Below the pieces are notes generated by a model that was not told the origin of the DNA, did not search any database, and worked only from the letters and a program-made list of their open reading frames with translations. Of a stretch of 64,000 nucleotides of DNA, positions 39,322 to 51,063 are shown in pieces (positions within the stretch are counted from its first letter, which is position 1; every line of letters begins with the position of its first letter). Both the position numbers and the translations under genes were made by a program. Origin of the DNA: Oopsacas minuta. Its lineage: Eukaryota; Animalia; Porifera. The stretch covers positions 62,001 through 126,000 of the forward strand of contig JAKMXF010000350.1 of the NCBI GenBank assembly GCA_024704765.1, read 5' to 3'.

Positions 39322-39488
39322 CAGTAGAACTCGGTTAGCACGTACCCTGGACAAGACGTACTTCGGCTTAGTACGTACTAAATTTTATGAACCAAAATTC
39401 ATTATTACAATAGGATTCTATGTAAATACAACTCGGATAGTCATACTTATTAGACTTCGAGGGGGTACGTCTTATCCGAGTTCTGCTG
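39322..39488. mobile_element. 167-bp TA-flanked MITE
   Basis: CAGTAGAACTCGGTTAGCACGTACC / CAGCAGAACTCGGATAAGACGTACC inverted ends, TA on both sides. Confidence 0.75.
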
Positions 39489-40640
39489 TAAATTTAGCCC
39501 AGAATAAGTTAACATGACATAAGTCATAATTGTAAGAAATTAATCAGAATCTAATATAATACATCGATACCAACCTAGCGTCTCAACAATCTTGAAGGGA
39601 CTTCACCCAAAATTACTTGGATAAAATGAATATAGCCATATAAATATGTTGAGGAGTCCCCCAAATTTTGGGGGACTTTCCCAAATGAAACCCTACATAT
39701 AAGGTTTGTACAGGGTGTTAAGAAATTGATTTCCTCTTTCAGGAAAATGTAAACAACTGTTGTATATTATCAGATCTTCTTGTTTGTTTTAATAAAGGAT
39801 TCAAATATATTATCGATAATTTCAATAATAATAATCCACCGAAATTGCGAATTTCATAGTTTTTCAGAAGGTGATACTTTCCATGTAGGGTTTTGGTATT
39901 TATTTTAGCGATTTTTATTGTCGATTCTACTCGGATTACTAAGTTTCCACAATTGCATAATAAAAGGATTTCACTTTCTTTTTATGCCAGAAAGTTACAT
40001 ATCCATTCATCTTTCACTTAGGTAGCAACATAACCACTTTGAGCCTTATTAATTTGCATTTAGGTTGTGAGCTGAGACAAATTTTCCAAGGAGAATGTTT
40101 CAAACATGTTTCGTGAAAATAATTTGGTCGTTCTACTATAATCCCAGTATTGTTGAAACGAATCAATGCCTATCTATAAAACGTTTCCAAATCTACATTA
40201 AAATAATTCATATTTATTATTAATTTTGATAAGGACTACAATATCAATTGGCATTGTTTTCGCAAGATGAATTGAACATATAAATCTAACAGGAAATCAA
40301 TTTCTTAACACCTTGTATGTCAAGAATTGATTGAAGAAACTGGAGGAACAGCAGGGCTGATTTTGGCCCAGATTACTATCCAAAAGCCACGAGAAGCCCC
40401 AGTATTACCACAGAAGGCCATTAAATGGAATTTGGATGGATAATAAATGAATTATAAACAATGAAATCGGGATAACATAGGTCCTGACGATACTTGCTAT
40501 GGGAGTCGGGATAAATGAAATGAAATCACAAGGGCCTCGTGATATACTGTCACAAACTGTCCAACCTTCGAGGCTTGGACAGTGCTAATATATTAGGCCA
40601 CGGAAATTGAATACGTTGTTTCCCACCACAAGTACAAGTA

Positions 40641-40865
40641 CAGTAAAACCTCCAAAAGGTGAACACCCTGCGGACCAGCAAAAATGTTCACTTTTCATGA
40701 CCGGAACAATTCAACTGACATGGACCACAGATTAAGTGTTCACATTTCACTTGTTGGAGGTGTTCGCATTCTAAAGGAGTGACCACCATGTAAAACAATT
40801 GGAGTAATTTGGGACGAGAAAAAGTGTTCATATTTTGGAGGTGTTCACTTTTGGAGGTTTTAATG
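40641..40865. mobile_element. 225-bp TA-flanked MITE
   Basis: CAGTAAAACCTCCAAAAGGTGAACACC / CATTAAAACCTCCAAAAGTGAACACC inverted ends, internal GTGTTCAC repeats, TA on both sides. Confidence 0.75.
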
Positions 40866-41868
40866 TAGTATATTAGTATTATACATAGGCGCAGAACCCG
40901 GGGGCCAAGGCCCGCGAGAGGGAGCGAGTCTGGTACCAAAGTACCAGGGCCCGGGTCAGTTGGGGACCCCATAGCAATGTGTCCGAGAGCCAGTAATAAT
41001 TTAGGTTAGAGAGAGAAAGGAGTAAAGTGTAAGTGATGAATTCGAATATAACAGTTAATTGGAAAGATAAGGCCTGAGTGAATGCCGCCTACGATTGTTT
41101 TTCTGATAATCCTTGTACGATTTACTGGGCTGACTATACTATAGTGTAGTGCCCAGTTCTGAAATGAGCGGTCTGTTTTTTTGTTGTTTTTTATGTTTTA
41201 TCTCCCCTGGCCACACCATTTGTGTTTCAGGGCCCAAAGTTATACTCAAAGTTACACATATTCTGCTGAGTGTAAATTTAAGTAAAAATTTCCTACGACA
41301 CATCACGACACAATTATCACACTTTTGACCATTTATACAACCAGCAAAATTTATCCATAATTTCTAGACCAAAATACATTTCTTAAGATTCACAAGGAAA
41401 TTCTTCAGATGATAGCTCTTCAAATTTTTTGAAATTACTCTTTATTTCCCACAAATTAAAGAAATAGACGCCACTATCCAACCATAATGTGCATCTATAA
41501 TAAGCCTGAATTATTAATATAATGTGTTACTAATAGCACTATGTCATCGGTAATAATTCTATATTTGTTCATAGATGCAAATTATTTATTAGTTCAACGA
41601 TAGGTTCTTCTAGTACTGTATAATATGGATTAATTGAATATCTAAGTTTAATAATTGCATTTAAATATATTAAATATTTATGAATAAAAGATTTTTCAAA
41701 TTAACAAATCTCCTCCAGTATTCTCTTCTATTAATATTATTTAGTCAACTTATAATTACTTTAAACAAATTGAACATTATGTGGACTGGATCATCATAGT
41801 ATAATGTACATATATTGTTTGATGGATTTTACATCCGAGCGGAGCGAGAAAAAATATAAATTTACAAC

Positions 41869-42140
41869 GGGGGTCGTGTCGTTTGTCCAAATTCGTATGT
41901 ATATGCATTAGTCCAAATTTCATATGTTTGCGTTAGTCCAAATATCAAAAATCGGTATTAGTCCAAATTTTTGGTGATGCTTGCATGAGTTGGATCTGGA
42001 GCAGGCTGTGAGTTGCTGAGAGTTGCTGAGAGTTTTAGATTCAAAACAACAAAAGTAAATGACTATATTTCTTCGCGACGAAATTTCTCCTTGAATGCAT
42101 GCATTCGATCACCAAAAATTTGGACTAATGCATGCACCCC
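41869..42140. mobile_element. GG-ended MITE with 8-bp TSD (Merlin-like by terminal features), copy 1
   Basis: TSD TTTACAAC (41861-41868 and 42141-42148). Ends GGGGGTCGTGTC / GGGGTGCATGC with repeated TTAGTCCAAAT subterminal motifs. Internal part matches 59303-59700 in inverted orientation. Confidence 0.8.
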
Positions 42141-42142
42141 TT

Positions 42143-42315
42143 TACAACCTGTACCGACAGCTTAGTCTAGTAATTTAATTTGTGCAAAAGTGACACTATT
42201 AATTGGAGACACAATGAAAGGTTAGGTTTATCCCAATACACATAGTGCCTCCAATTAATTGTGCCACTTTTTACACAAATTTAATTACTAGACTAAGCTG
42301 TCGACATAGGTTGTA
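42143..42315. mobile_element. hairpin MITE with about 70-bp imperfect arms
   Basis: TACAACCTGTACCGACAGCTTAGTCTAGTAATTTAATTTGTG...TTGGAGACAC mirrored by TACAACCTATGTCGACAGCTTAGTCTAGTAATTAAATTTGTG...TTGGAGGCAC on the opposite strand. Confidence 0.75.
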
Positions 42316-42445
42316 ATTATGTAATTTTTCTATATAACGAAGAGATTTTTCTAAAATACAGCTACTACAGCAATCCTATTAAACTAAATTCTATACAAAT
42401 TCATAAAATCGTAATAAATATGAGCCACTAACACCTGGCCAGCGA

Positions 42446-43991
42446 TTGGAAAGAGATATGATGAGATTGTCTACTTTACTCGATGAAATGGAAGACGTGA
42501 TAGACTGGGTTGGAGTAATTGTAGAAAAGTTAACTTGGGGATTGTTAGCAATGTTATCGACATTATACATGGAGTACAACAGAAAAATTACAATTGAAAT
42601 GCTGCCTACCATTATCAAAGATTCTTTCACGGATCGATACGACGAGCATATCAAAAAGGTTACCCTAATGGTAATAGAAGACTATGTCCCGATCGAGTAC
42701 AAAGACAGTCTCTTCTATATAGAGAAGACTCTAGAAGAACCTTCCCTATCTATGTATGTGAGGGTATAGAGGAAGATATGAAACCATTCAATCCTTTCGC
42801 GAGAGACCTGCTTCCTTGGGTATCACACGTGAGGGATACGACATGAGGTTGAGCAGGCTCAGCATGGATTATGGGATAGCTCGTGACACTTTGGACCAGG
42901 AATGCCAGTAATGTAGAAGAAAAATGCAAATGGATTGAAGAAAGGTTTGAAGATTGTACATTTAATATCACTTTCGTATTCGATGAACTATATTCCTTAC
43001 ACAAAGATGCTAGATCGCCCGACTACCTTGTGACCAAGAATGAAGACGATAAATTGTTGAAGGAAATTTATGATACTGTAAAAAGAAGAATCCGTCACTA
43101 TGTTGATAATAGGATAAATATTCCACCTATTGCCATCACCAGTGACGACTATCCCATGCGTGCAGCTTCGCCCAAAGAGGAGAGGAACATCCCTGTAGCA
43201 TCTGGCGTTGACAGAGGTGGCGTTGAAGGCAACCAATTAGACACTCTAGCCGGTGTAATCGTTGTTGACAACAATGTAATACTGGCGGATAGATGCGGTC
43301 ACCCAGTCACAATCTACAGAGCTCAGGATCTAGCAGCTGATACCCCAGTATCATTAACTTAGAACCGTTCCTGTTCGTATGCTATTCCGGTAATTTGGTA
43401 CAATACACTTTCAAATGGAAAGATAGTGATGATATATCTAGCTTTGACCACTATAACCACATCTCGATATCACAGGCTTGTTGTACAGCCGCTAATACTG
43501 AGAATTTATATGTAGGAACTCTCAAGCCCAGTCTCATTCGCATGGAACTAGATCCTCTTAAAATATCACAGGAATATCGGTTCAATCATGTAGTGCATCC
43601 AAAGAGTAAGAATAGATATGCGTGACTACAGGACATGAAAGTTACTGACGTTTTCGTTGCCTGCCTATTCACAGGATCTCCCTCTCCTTTCCAGCTGTTC
43701 TCACTAATTGGACAACACATTGTTTCTATCCCTATTGAGTATGAGATTATAGGAGTATACAGTTTCGATCTATTTCTTAGTCCTCTTACGGATCAAGCGA
43801 GTATCTACGTCTCCGATTTTTGGGGTAATTCCATTAAAGTTTTTGATATACGAGGATTTTTCATTGATAGAGTTAGTGAAACAGGACATGAATTGTGTCA
43901 AACATTCTGACCTACTGGAATATTCATAGAACCTACTGGATTTACCACATTTTGTGATATGAAAGAGGACAACTGTTTACAGAGGCTCTAA
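42446..43991 (+). pseudogene. fragmented NHL-repeat (beta-propeller) family gene with helical N-terminal region
   Basis: Consecutive ORF pieces separated by stops and frameshifts: GNQLDTLAGVIVVDNNVILADRCGHPVTIY, SIYVSDFWGNSIKVFDIRG, and a final PTGIFIE...NCLQRL resembling the NCLQLF end of the intact gene at 54958-55863. Confidence 0.6.
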
Positions 43992-45257
43992 CTCACAACT
44001 AGTATGTATTTTGAGTAATTTGACTAGAATTTCGAGGGTTTCATTTGCATAAAAATATTTCAATTGTATAAATATATATATCCGCCCACCAGATTGAATT
44101 TGTTCCTAGATTCAAAGCCACACGAAGCCACTACCGAACTGGATGGTTATGCCCAACTTGAAATTTATAGATCAACCATTAGGCTTGCCTCCTGCAAACC
44201 CCGTGAAAACACCTTGCCTCTCGCCCTGCCCACCTGGTAATTTATTTGCCTACCCTATGTGGAAAATCCTGGCAACGTCCCTGATATGAACCCGCTTAAT
44301 ACCATATAAACTTTCTCTTATAATTAAGCCAATTGGTTGTCTCAATAAAATCATTCCCAAGTTCGCTTAATATGGAGTCTCGTTATTGTGAACAAGATTT
44401 TGGTCCCATAGGGTGTCACAACAAACGACCCTGACTGTATTTACATTTGTAGCTTAATATTATATGCTACTTTTATTCTTTATATACTCTCTAAATGGCA
44501 GAATGCAAGACCCCCGTATTTAAACATTTTGATGATGTCCAGATCTGGAATCATTTTCTTCGATCCCTATGTGCCAAATTTGCACAATGTAGAGCGTATG
44601 AAATTGTGCTAAAATGCTCTGGTGGGGTTACGAAGGGTTAAATAACATCTCGCAATAATGTATTCGTGAGATTAACTTCCGGGATCCCCCGATTGGAACA
44701 AAACCTCAATCCCGAAATCTCGGAATCACAAAATATACTCTGGATTGTAAGCCCTATTGGATTTTGTAATGTGCCATTTTATATATTGCAAATTTGTTGT
44801 AAAAAGAAAATAGTAAATTGCGAGAAACAAATAATCTTCTGCCTTATAGTAAACTTGCTTGTTATTTAAAATGTCAAGGAAACTTACAAGGTTTTCAGTT
44901 TCTACTCACACAGTTGTCAAGTCTCACTGATCAAAAGTGAGACTCACGTATTTGAACACATTCTCACATTGATTTTACTTTCTCACTTTAACTTTCTCTG
45001 TGGAATTTGAAGTTATTATTTACAGTGATTATTAAAGAAATGCACACTAATACACTATTATGTGGGTAGAATTTCCATTGGCCATCTATTTTATCCCAAA
45101 CACTTGCGAAATTCAACTGTTCCTAAGGATATCTCGCGAATAATTGTTTAAAAATTTGACAAAAACAGTATTCGACTAAAATTTAGTATCAATTGTCCGT
45201 TCCGTAAATTATATATGCCCAATAAAGAAGCTATCATCAACACTATAGAGTGTTAAT

Positions 45258-45338
45258 CATTGGCGCAACTAGGCTCATAAGTCAGGGTGTGCAAAGACGA
45301 CGTCATGCCCACCCAAAATCGTCCTAGTTGCGGCTATG
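45258..45338. mobile_element. 81-bp hAT-like MITE
   Basis: Inverted ends CATTGGCGCAACTAGG / CATAGCCGCAACTAGG, 8-bp TSD GTGTTAAT (45250-45257 and 45339-45346). Confidence 0.75.
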
Positions 45339-45641
45339 GTGTTAATTAACAAGTAATCTGGGGACACATAGAGTATATACGTAGCTAGGCTGCTAGGGGG
45401 TTACCGGAAACCCCTGGATTACTGGGGATGCTAGCTGAGATAGAATTGCATGAAACTGATCAGGGTTGACATACCAGTTAAATTGGTTCAAAGTGCTATA
45501 ATATATTGAGCTTTTTACCTTATGCAAACTCAATGAATTTCAACTCAGACCAGTCGGGCCTAGCAACGCCGCTGCTAATATCCACAAACAAATAATTGGT
45601 ACGAATAGTACCATTTCTGAATATTTGTATAAAATATCTCA

Positions 45642-46544
45642 CTATGTTTTGGTTAGAATAGGTTTGGTATTTCTACACAAATCAGATAAAATTTTAGCAG
45701 TTCTACCATATGAGTCCTTGATAGCGATATCAGCTCCTAGAGCAAGCAGGGTGCTCACAGCTGCTTCATGTCTTTCTCTCATAGCATAGTGCAATGGAGT
45801 CATACCATTATTTGCCTTAGAATTCACACACAAGCCAGTCTTTGTGAGCAATAGATAAATACACTCATTCGTCCCAGCTTCAGCAGCAATATGCAAAGCT
45901 GTCCTTCCTAGCTTATCCAATATATCTGATCTAGCTCCTATCTCTAATAAGAGCATCATGCCAGTAGTGTTGTGTAGTCTACAAGCATCCATTAGAGGAG
46001 TGACTCCGCACACATCTCGTAGGTTAATATCTACGTAGCAATGTTTTAATAGAAATACCAGTACTTGGTGCTGGTTATTTATAGCAGCAGTGTGTAAGGG
46101 TGTCCGTCCATTATTACTAACACAATCCGAAACTTTATTGTCTACTTCAAACAAATATTGAAGGGTAGAGATGTTTCCCTGACGACAGGCAATCATAAAT
46201 GTGTTCCAGCCATCCTTATTCTTCAAATCTAATCTACTTCCAGCATTTACAAGTAACTTAATAATCTCTATGTTATCTCTAGTACAAGCTAACATTAATG
46301 GAGTCCAATCTCCTCTCTTAAGAGCATTGGCATCTGATCCCGCTTCTAACAATAATCTCACACAATCTAGTTGTGAGTGAATACATGCTTCGTGTAGTGC
46401 AGTCTTACCGTCTCTGTTCTGCTGTGAGAGAAGGTTACCCACGTCAAAACAGGTGTTAAGTATGTGTCTAACTAGATGTGTATCTCCAGTAATGCAAGCT
46501 TGAGATAATGTAGGGTCTTTTGGATGAATAAAAATACGATTCAT
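45642..46544 (-). CDS. ANKRD16: ankyrin repeat protein, ANKRD16-like (single exon, 300 aa)
   Basis: Multiple ankyrin repeats with ANKRD16-type KRGDWTPLMLACTRDN, KNKDGWNTFMIACRQG, RTPLHTAA, RDVCGVTPLMDA. First ATG at 46544 (the ORF track starts at an upstream TTG). Confidence 0.78.
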   Translation of the reverse strand: MNRIFIHPKDPTLSQACITGDTHLVRHILNTCFDVGNLLSQQNRDGKTALHEACIHSQLDCVRLLLEAGSDANALKRGDWTPLMLACTRDNIEIIKLLVNAGSRLDLKNKDGWNTFMIACRQGNISTLQYLFEVDNKVSDCVSNNGRTPLHTAAINNQHQVLVFLLKHCYVDINLRDVCGVTPLMDACRLHNTTGMMLLLEIGARSDILDKLGRTALHIAAEAGTNECIYLLLTKTGLCVNSKANNGMTPLHYAMRERHEAAVSTLLALGADIAIKDSYGRTAKILSDLCRNTKPILTKT

Positions 46545-46631
46545 TATGTTCGGTGATTTTCTAGCCAAAATTATGTATATTTTTAGCCTTTGATCAATCG
46601 ATCAAGTGATTATAATGGGTCACGAAAATGT

Positions 46632-46938
46632 TTTATCCAATCGCAGAATATTTCGTCTGATTTGGGTATTCATGTGCTGATGCAATTTGACCGAGCTATG
46701 AACCACCTACTCAAGGATAATGTGCACAACAAATTTGCTTTCAACGCCTCTCCACGCATACAGATATTGTGACAACGTGTGGACCTATGTGCTCAAGGAT
46801 ACGGAGTTCAAATCAAGCGAAAGAGACGGGAGTGACGGAATAATTCAAGTTTCGAAAGTAAAGCTTGTCGCATGTGAAGCACTATTCAGAAAAGTGCAGG
46901 AGAGACTTAGAGAGAGAGCAGACAAGCAGTCTTTCTAG
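46632..46938 (+). pseudogene. GTF2A2: TFIIA gamma (small subunit)-like copy, 5'-truncated and frameshifted
   Basis: FIQSQNISSDLGIHVLMQFDRAMN in one frame and LHAYRYCDNVWTYVLKDTEF...VSKVKLVACE in another, shifting at about 46749 (AAC GCC T CTC CAC). The expected YRNTTLG N-terminus was not found. Confidence 0.7.
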
Positions 46939-47102
46939 GATGTACAAATTATTATTCATACAAATAATATACATTAAATATTTTACATTTTAACACTTTA
47001 TATAATACTATCATTGACGTTTCTGATAACTAAATAGTAATATGAATATGGACAATCTCACGATTGGGAATAATATTGTTAAGAGAAATAATAAAATAGG
47101 AT

Positions 47103-48559
47103 TACGCAGTTATGAATAAATAGATTTGCAAACAAACATAAAATAATTTATTAAACTTTATATAACCAATCCTAACTTGTGAACAGAACTGAGAAGACAG
47201 GTAGTATAGAAGAATAGTTTAGCATACATATAACGGTTTGTCTTCATACAGTAAACATTGGATTTAACGACATCGGCTTTAACGACAAATCGCTTATAAC
47301 GACTCATTTTGCTTACCCAGAATCTCGCAGCATTATTCTGCACACACCATACCTCGGGTATAACGACCTGTCAGATACGACAAATTGAATTTAACGACAT
47401 ATTTTCTGTGTCTGCTCCATGCAAATCCCATCGGATATTACGACTTTTGGGCTGTCTGTACCGTGGACTTCAGAAAAGTGTACTAATTAGTGAATTATTA
47501 AGGATAATAATTGCTTTAATTATATAGCAATTAAAATCTCCCCTGTTTTGAATCAACAGCAACTGGCTTCTTACGAAAAAGTATTTGTAGCATAAACTGC
47601 TATGATAGATTTTCCATCTTCTCAATACTGCCATAAATATAATCAAACTTAAGAGCTAAACAGCTGCATAATCCTCAAGATATTAAACTGACTACAAATT
47701 GTGTAGTCTTAAATGTGTGCACAGATCTGTGTATCTCAGGGACTGGAATAAAATCGTTACATCTATAGTGAGTATAGTCTATAGGAAGTAAGGGAAAGAT
47801 GAGAGGAAAGTTTACTACCCTATTTGTAAANTACGCAGTTATGAATAAATAGATTTGCAAACAAACATAAAATAATTTATTAAACTTTATATAACCAATC
47901 CTAACTTGTGAACAGAACTGAGAAGACAGGTAGTATAGAAGAATAGTTTAGCATACATATAACGGTTTGTCTTCATACAGTAAACATTGGATTTAACGAC
48001 ATCGGCTTTAACGACAAATCGCTTATAACGACTCATTTTGCTTACCCAGAATCTCGCAGCATTATTCTGCACACACCATACCTCGGGTATAACGACCTGT
48101 CAGATACGACAAATTGAATTTAACGACATATTTTCTGTGTCTGCTCCATGCAAATCCCATCGGATATTACGACTTTTGGGCTGTCTGTACCGTGGACTTC
48201 AGAAAAGTGTACTAATTAGTGAATTATTAAGGATAATAATTGCTTTAATTATATAGCAATTAAAATCTCCCCTGTTTTGAATCAACAGCAACTGGCTTCT
48301 TACGAAAAAGTATTTGTAGCATAAACTGCTATGATAGATTTTCCATCTTCTCAATACTGCCATAAATATAATCAAACTTAAGAGCTAAACAGCTGCATAA
48401 TCCTCAAGATATTAAACTGACTACAAATTGTGTAGTCTTAAATGTGTGCACAGATCTGTGTATCTCAGGGACTGGAATAAAATCGTTACATCTATAGTGA
48501 GTATAGTCTATAGGAAGTAAGGGAAAGATGAGAGGAAAGTTTACTACCCTATTTGTAAA
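47103..48559. repeat. apparently exact 728-bp tandem duplication separated by one N (probable scaffold-junction artefact)
   Basis: 47103-47830 and 47832-48559 read identically by eye, with n at 47831. The ORF track gives identical peptides offset by 729 nt. Confidence 0.9.
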
Positions 48560-48915
48560 TGACATCTCTAAATTAGAACATGTTCGTTACGTCTTCTAAG
48601 TTCTAATCACTGTAGCGTTCAATATTCTGTTACCAAAGCGAATATTGAACTAACCTTACCTAATATCAATTCATATCATACTACATTATAATCTAATTCA
48701 ACGGTTCAACTTAAATCGTTGAGACGTTACAGCAATTAAAGTACTATTACAATTAACTTAAAATTGCATATCGAATTGCCCTTTATGCTACGAAATAATT
48801 TTAGGATATCAAAAATCAGATTTTATGCATATCTTGGATATGAAATAAATTTAAATAAACAAGCTTGATGTACACTAAATAATAGATCAATAGCTCAATT
48901 AACACAATATTAATC

Positions 48916-49094
48916 TCACATAAAGTAATCCTCCAAGCGGGTAGCGTTAGTCTCTAGCTTTTCCCGTTCATTATTCAAGTCTGCTTTGGCAATATTCATC
49001 TCATAAGTTTCTAGAGAGGTATGCACTTCCTGTTTACGAACCTCTGCATGAAGGGAATTCTCATCCCTCTTATCGTCCATGGTAGTCATTTCCT
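48916..49094 (-). CDS. possible terminal exon of an unidentified gene
   Basis: Acceptor ctttccattttag, then open EEMTTMDDKRDENSLHAEVRKQEVHTSLETYEMNIAKADLNNEREKLETNATRLEDYFM-stop with coding-like composition. No recognisable domain and no upstream exons located. Confidence 0.35.
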
Positions 49095-50779
49095 CTAAAA
49101 TGGAAAGCGTAGAAATTCACTAAATATTTTGAAAACATAATAGTCCTAGATAGGTCAGTCAGGGGCAGCAATATCTTTAAAGAATAAGGTAGGGGCTGAG
49201 GGAGGACATAAATACACATCTCTCGTACAGCAATAAAAATCGCATATTATGACTTGGACAGCGAGATCTTGGTAAATACTATATCAACAGGGAGGGCAGA
49301 TATGAGAACTGTAGGAATAACAAGATCTTTTGCACCGATAGTAGACGAACAACGTGGATAAAAGTTAATTTCCAATATTTTATACATAAGGATCAATGAT
49401 AATAAATCTTCCTTAGAAATAATAAGATGATATATATTGTACAAGTGACTCAGTAGCGGTAAAATTCCAATAATCCCATCTATATCCAATTTATCTTGTT
49501 TGGCTTTTTATGGTATCTAATTATTGGTAAATAATTATATAATAAATGACACAATTAATACTATCTATATCTGAGATTAGGTACGAGCTGAGCTAAGGTC
49601 AAAAGGTCCGTTGTGTTTATTATCATGAATATTAGCATCTTATGCCAGATGGGGCGTCACTGGAAATTTCTCCCTCGGGATAGAGGCCGATCTGAGGTCT
49701 AAACAAGGCGTGAAAGTTGGTATATCTGGCTCGGACCAAAAGTCAGCTGGGCCAAAATTCCGTGACAACCTCTGTATAGACTTTCTTCAAGCAGAACTTG
49801 GAATTTGGGTATCAAAAAGTCCGTTCCGTTGAGTGAAATAGAGAAGGCTTTGTTCTTTTTGTGATTGTGCCATTAAAATTCTTGTAATTTTGTCATTCAA
49901 GTGAATATTCTTAGTGACAGGTTGTGGTTTTTCTCTGAGAGTAACAGGCTAGTGCTAGTGAAAGATAATTGTGGGAATAGGAATTATAGAAGGTTTAAAC
50001 AACTTAGATCTAATATACTGTAATGCACAGATAATTATTCACGCTGCCACTAACACCAGCCAATAAAATTACAAAAGGATTTGACTGAAACATTAAAGCA
50101 AGCCAATCCAAATCAAATCAAATCCACAACCTGGCGGTGTCACTGAGAAAAATTATACTCCTGACATTTGCTTCTAATTATATATTTTCACTTTTATAAA
50201 GAGATGCTTTAGTTCCATAGGCACTACAGGTTGAAGCCTTGAAGGTAGATATATTTGAAAATGTGTATTTCTGATTGCCACCATTAAACATATTGGAACA
50301 ACAAAGTATATTTAATCGCCATCACTGACTGCTCATTATTTGCAATCATTCTATTCTAGAGTTCTGTTTATTTGTGTTTGGTTTTCTTTTCTTTTCTATT
50401 TGCTCATTAGCTAATACCGAATATATGTCGTCGAGTGATAGCTATTCTAGTACAAGGGTACATTCTCCAAGAGTCTGTTGATAATTCAATCACATCTAGT
50501 GTATCATATTCAGAAGACTACAGGAGTAACTCACCTCCTCCTGTCGATGCTCCCTATGCTACCATCTCACCTCTGACATCACTTCCACCTGAACCCACAT
50601 CTTCCCAGCACCAGTCAGTCCATCTACACCGGGGATATCGGGTGTCTCTTCAGTCTGAATTCGCACATGTGGGATCGCAATCTCAAGACCTACCCTTCCC
50701 GACCTACAAAGCGAGTGGGTCGCCCTCATAAGCGTCTCTACGGTTTCCAACGCTGTTAGCATACCAAGTACCACCTTAG

Positions 50780-51063
50780 AGCCAGACCAAGCAGCAAAGC
50801 CCACTCACAAGCCTTGACTATGTCGCTGCTAATTACTCTACAGTAATCTTCCAGAATCGGGAATCAACACCTAGTAAGCTGTCATCTGGTCCGCAGGTAC
50901 TACTCAATCATGTGGCAGGGATTCATTCAAGCTGCCCTACAGGAGATAACTCATGGTGTCGTTGGAAAAACACTTCTGGTACTATAGCTGTTCTTTCAAC
51001 ATCTGTCCTAACAGCTAATAGGTCTCATATTAGAATCAGCACTGGTACTTTTGGAATTGATTG
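50780..51063 (+). pseudogene. possible Mutator-like (MULE) transposase fragment
   Basis: ATG-less open frame containing LLNHVAGIHSSCPTGDNSWCRWK, which resembles the H-x-H-x2-CP-x-G-x2-SWC motif of animal Mutator-like transposases. No catalytic core visible. Confidence 0.4.

Noticed and set aside
47103-48559. 728-bp tandem duplication with duplicated short ORFs
   Set aside because: The copies appear identical and are joined by a single N, typical of overlapping contig ends. Treated as an artefact unless long reads confirm it.
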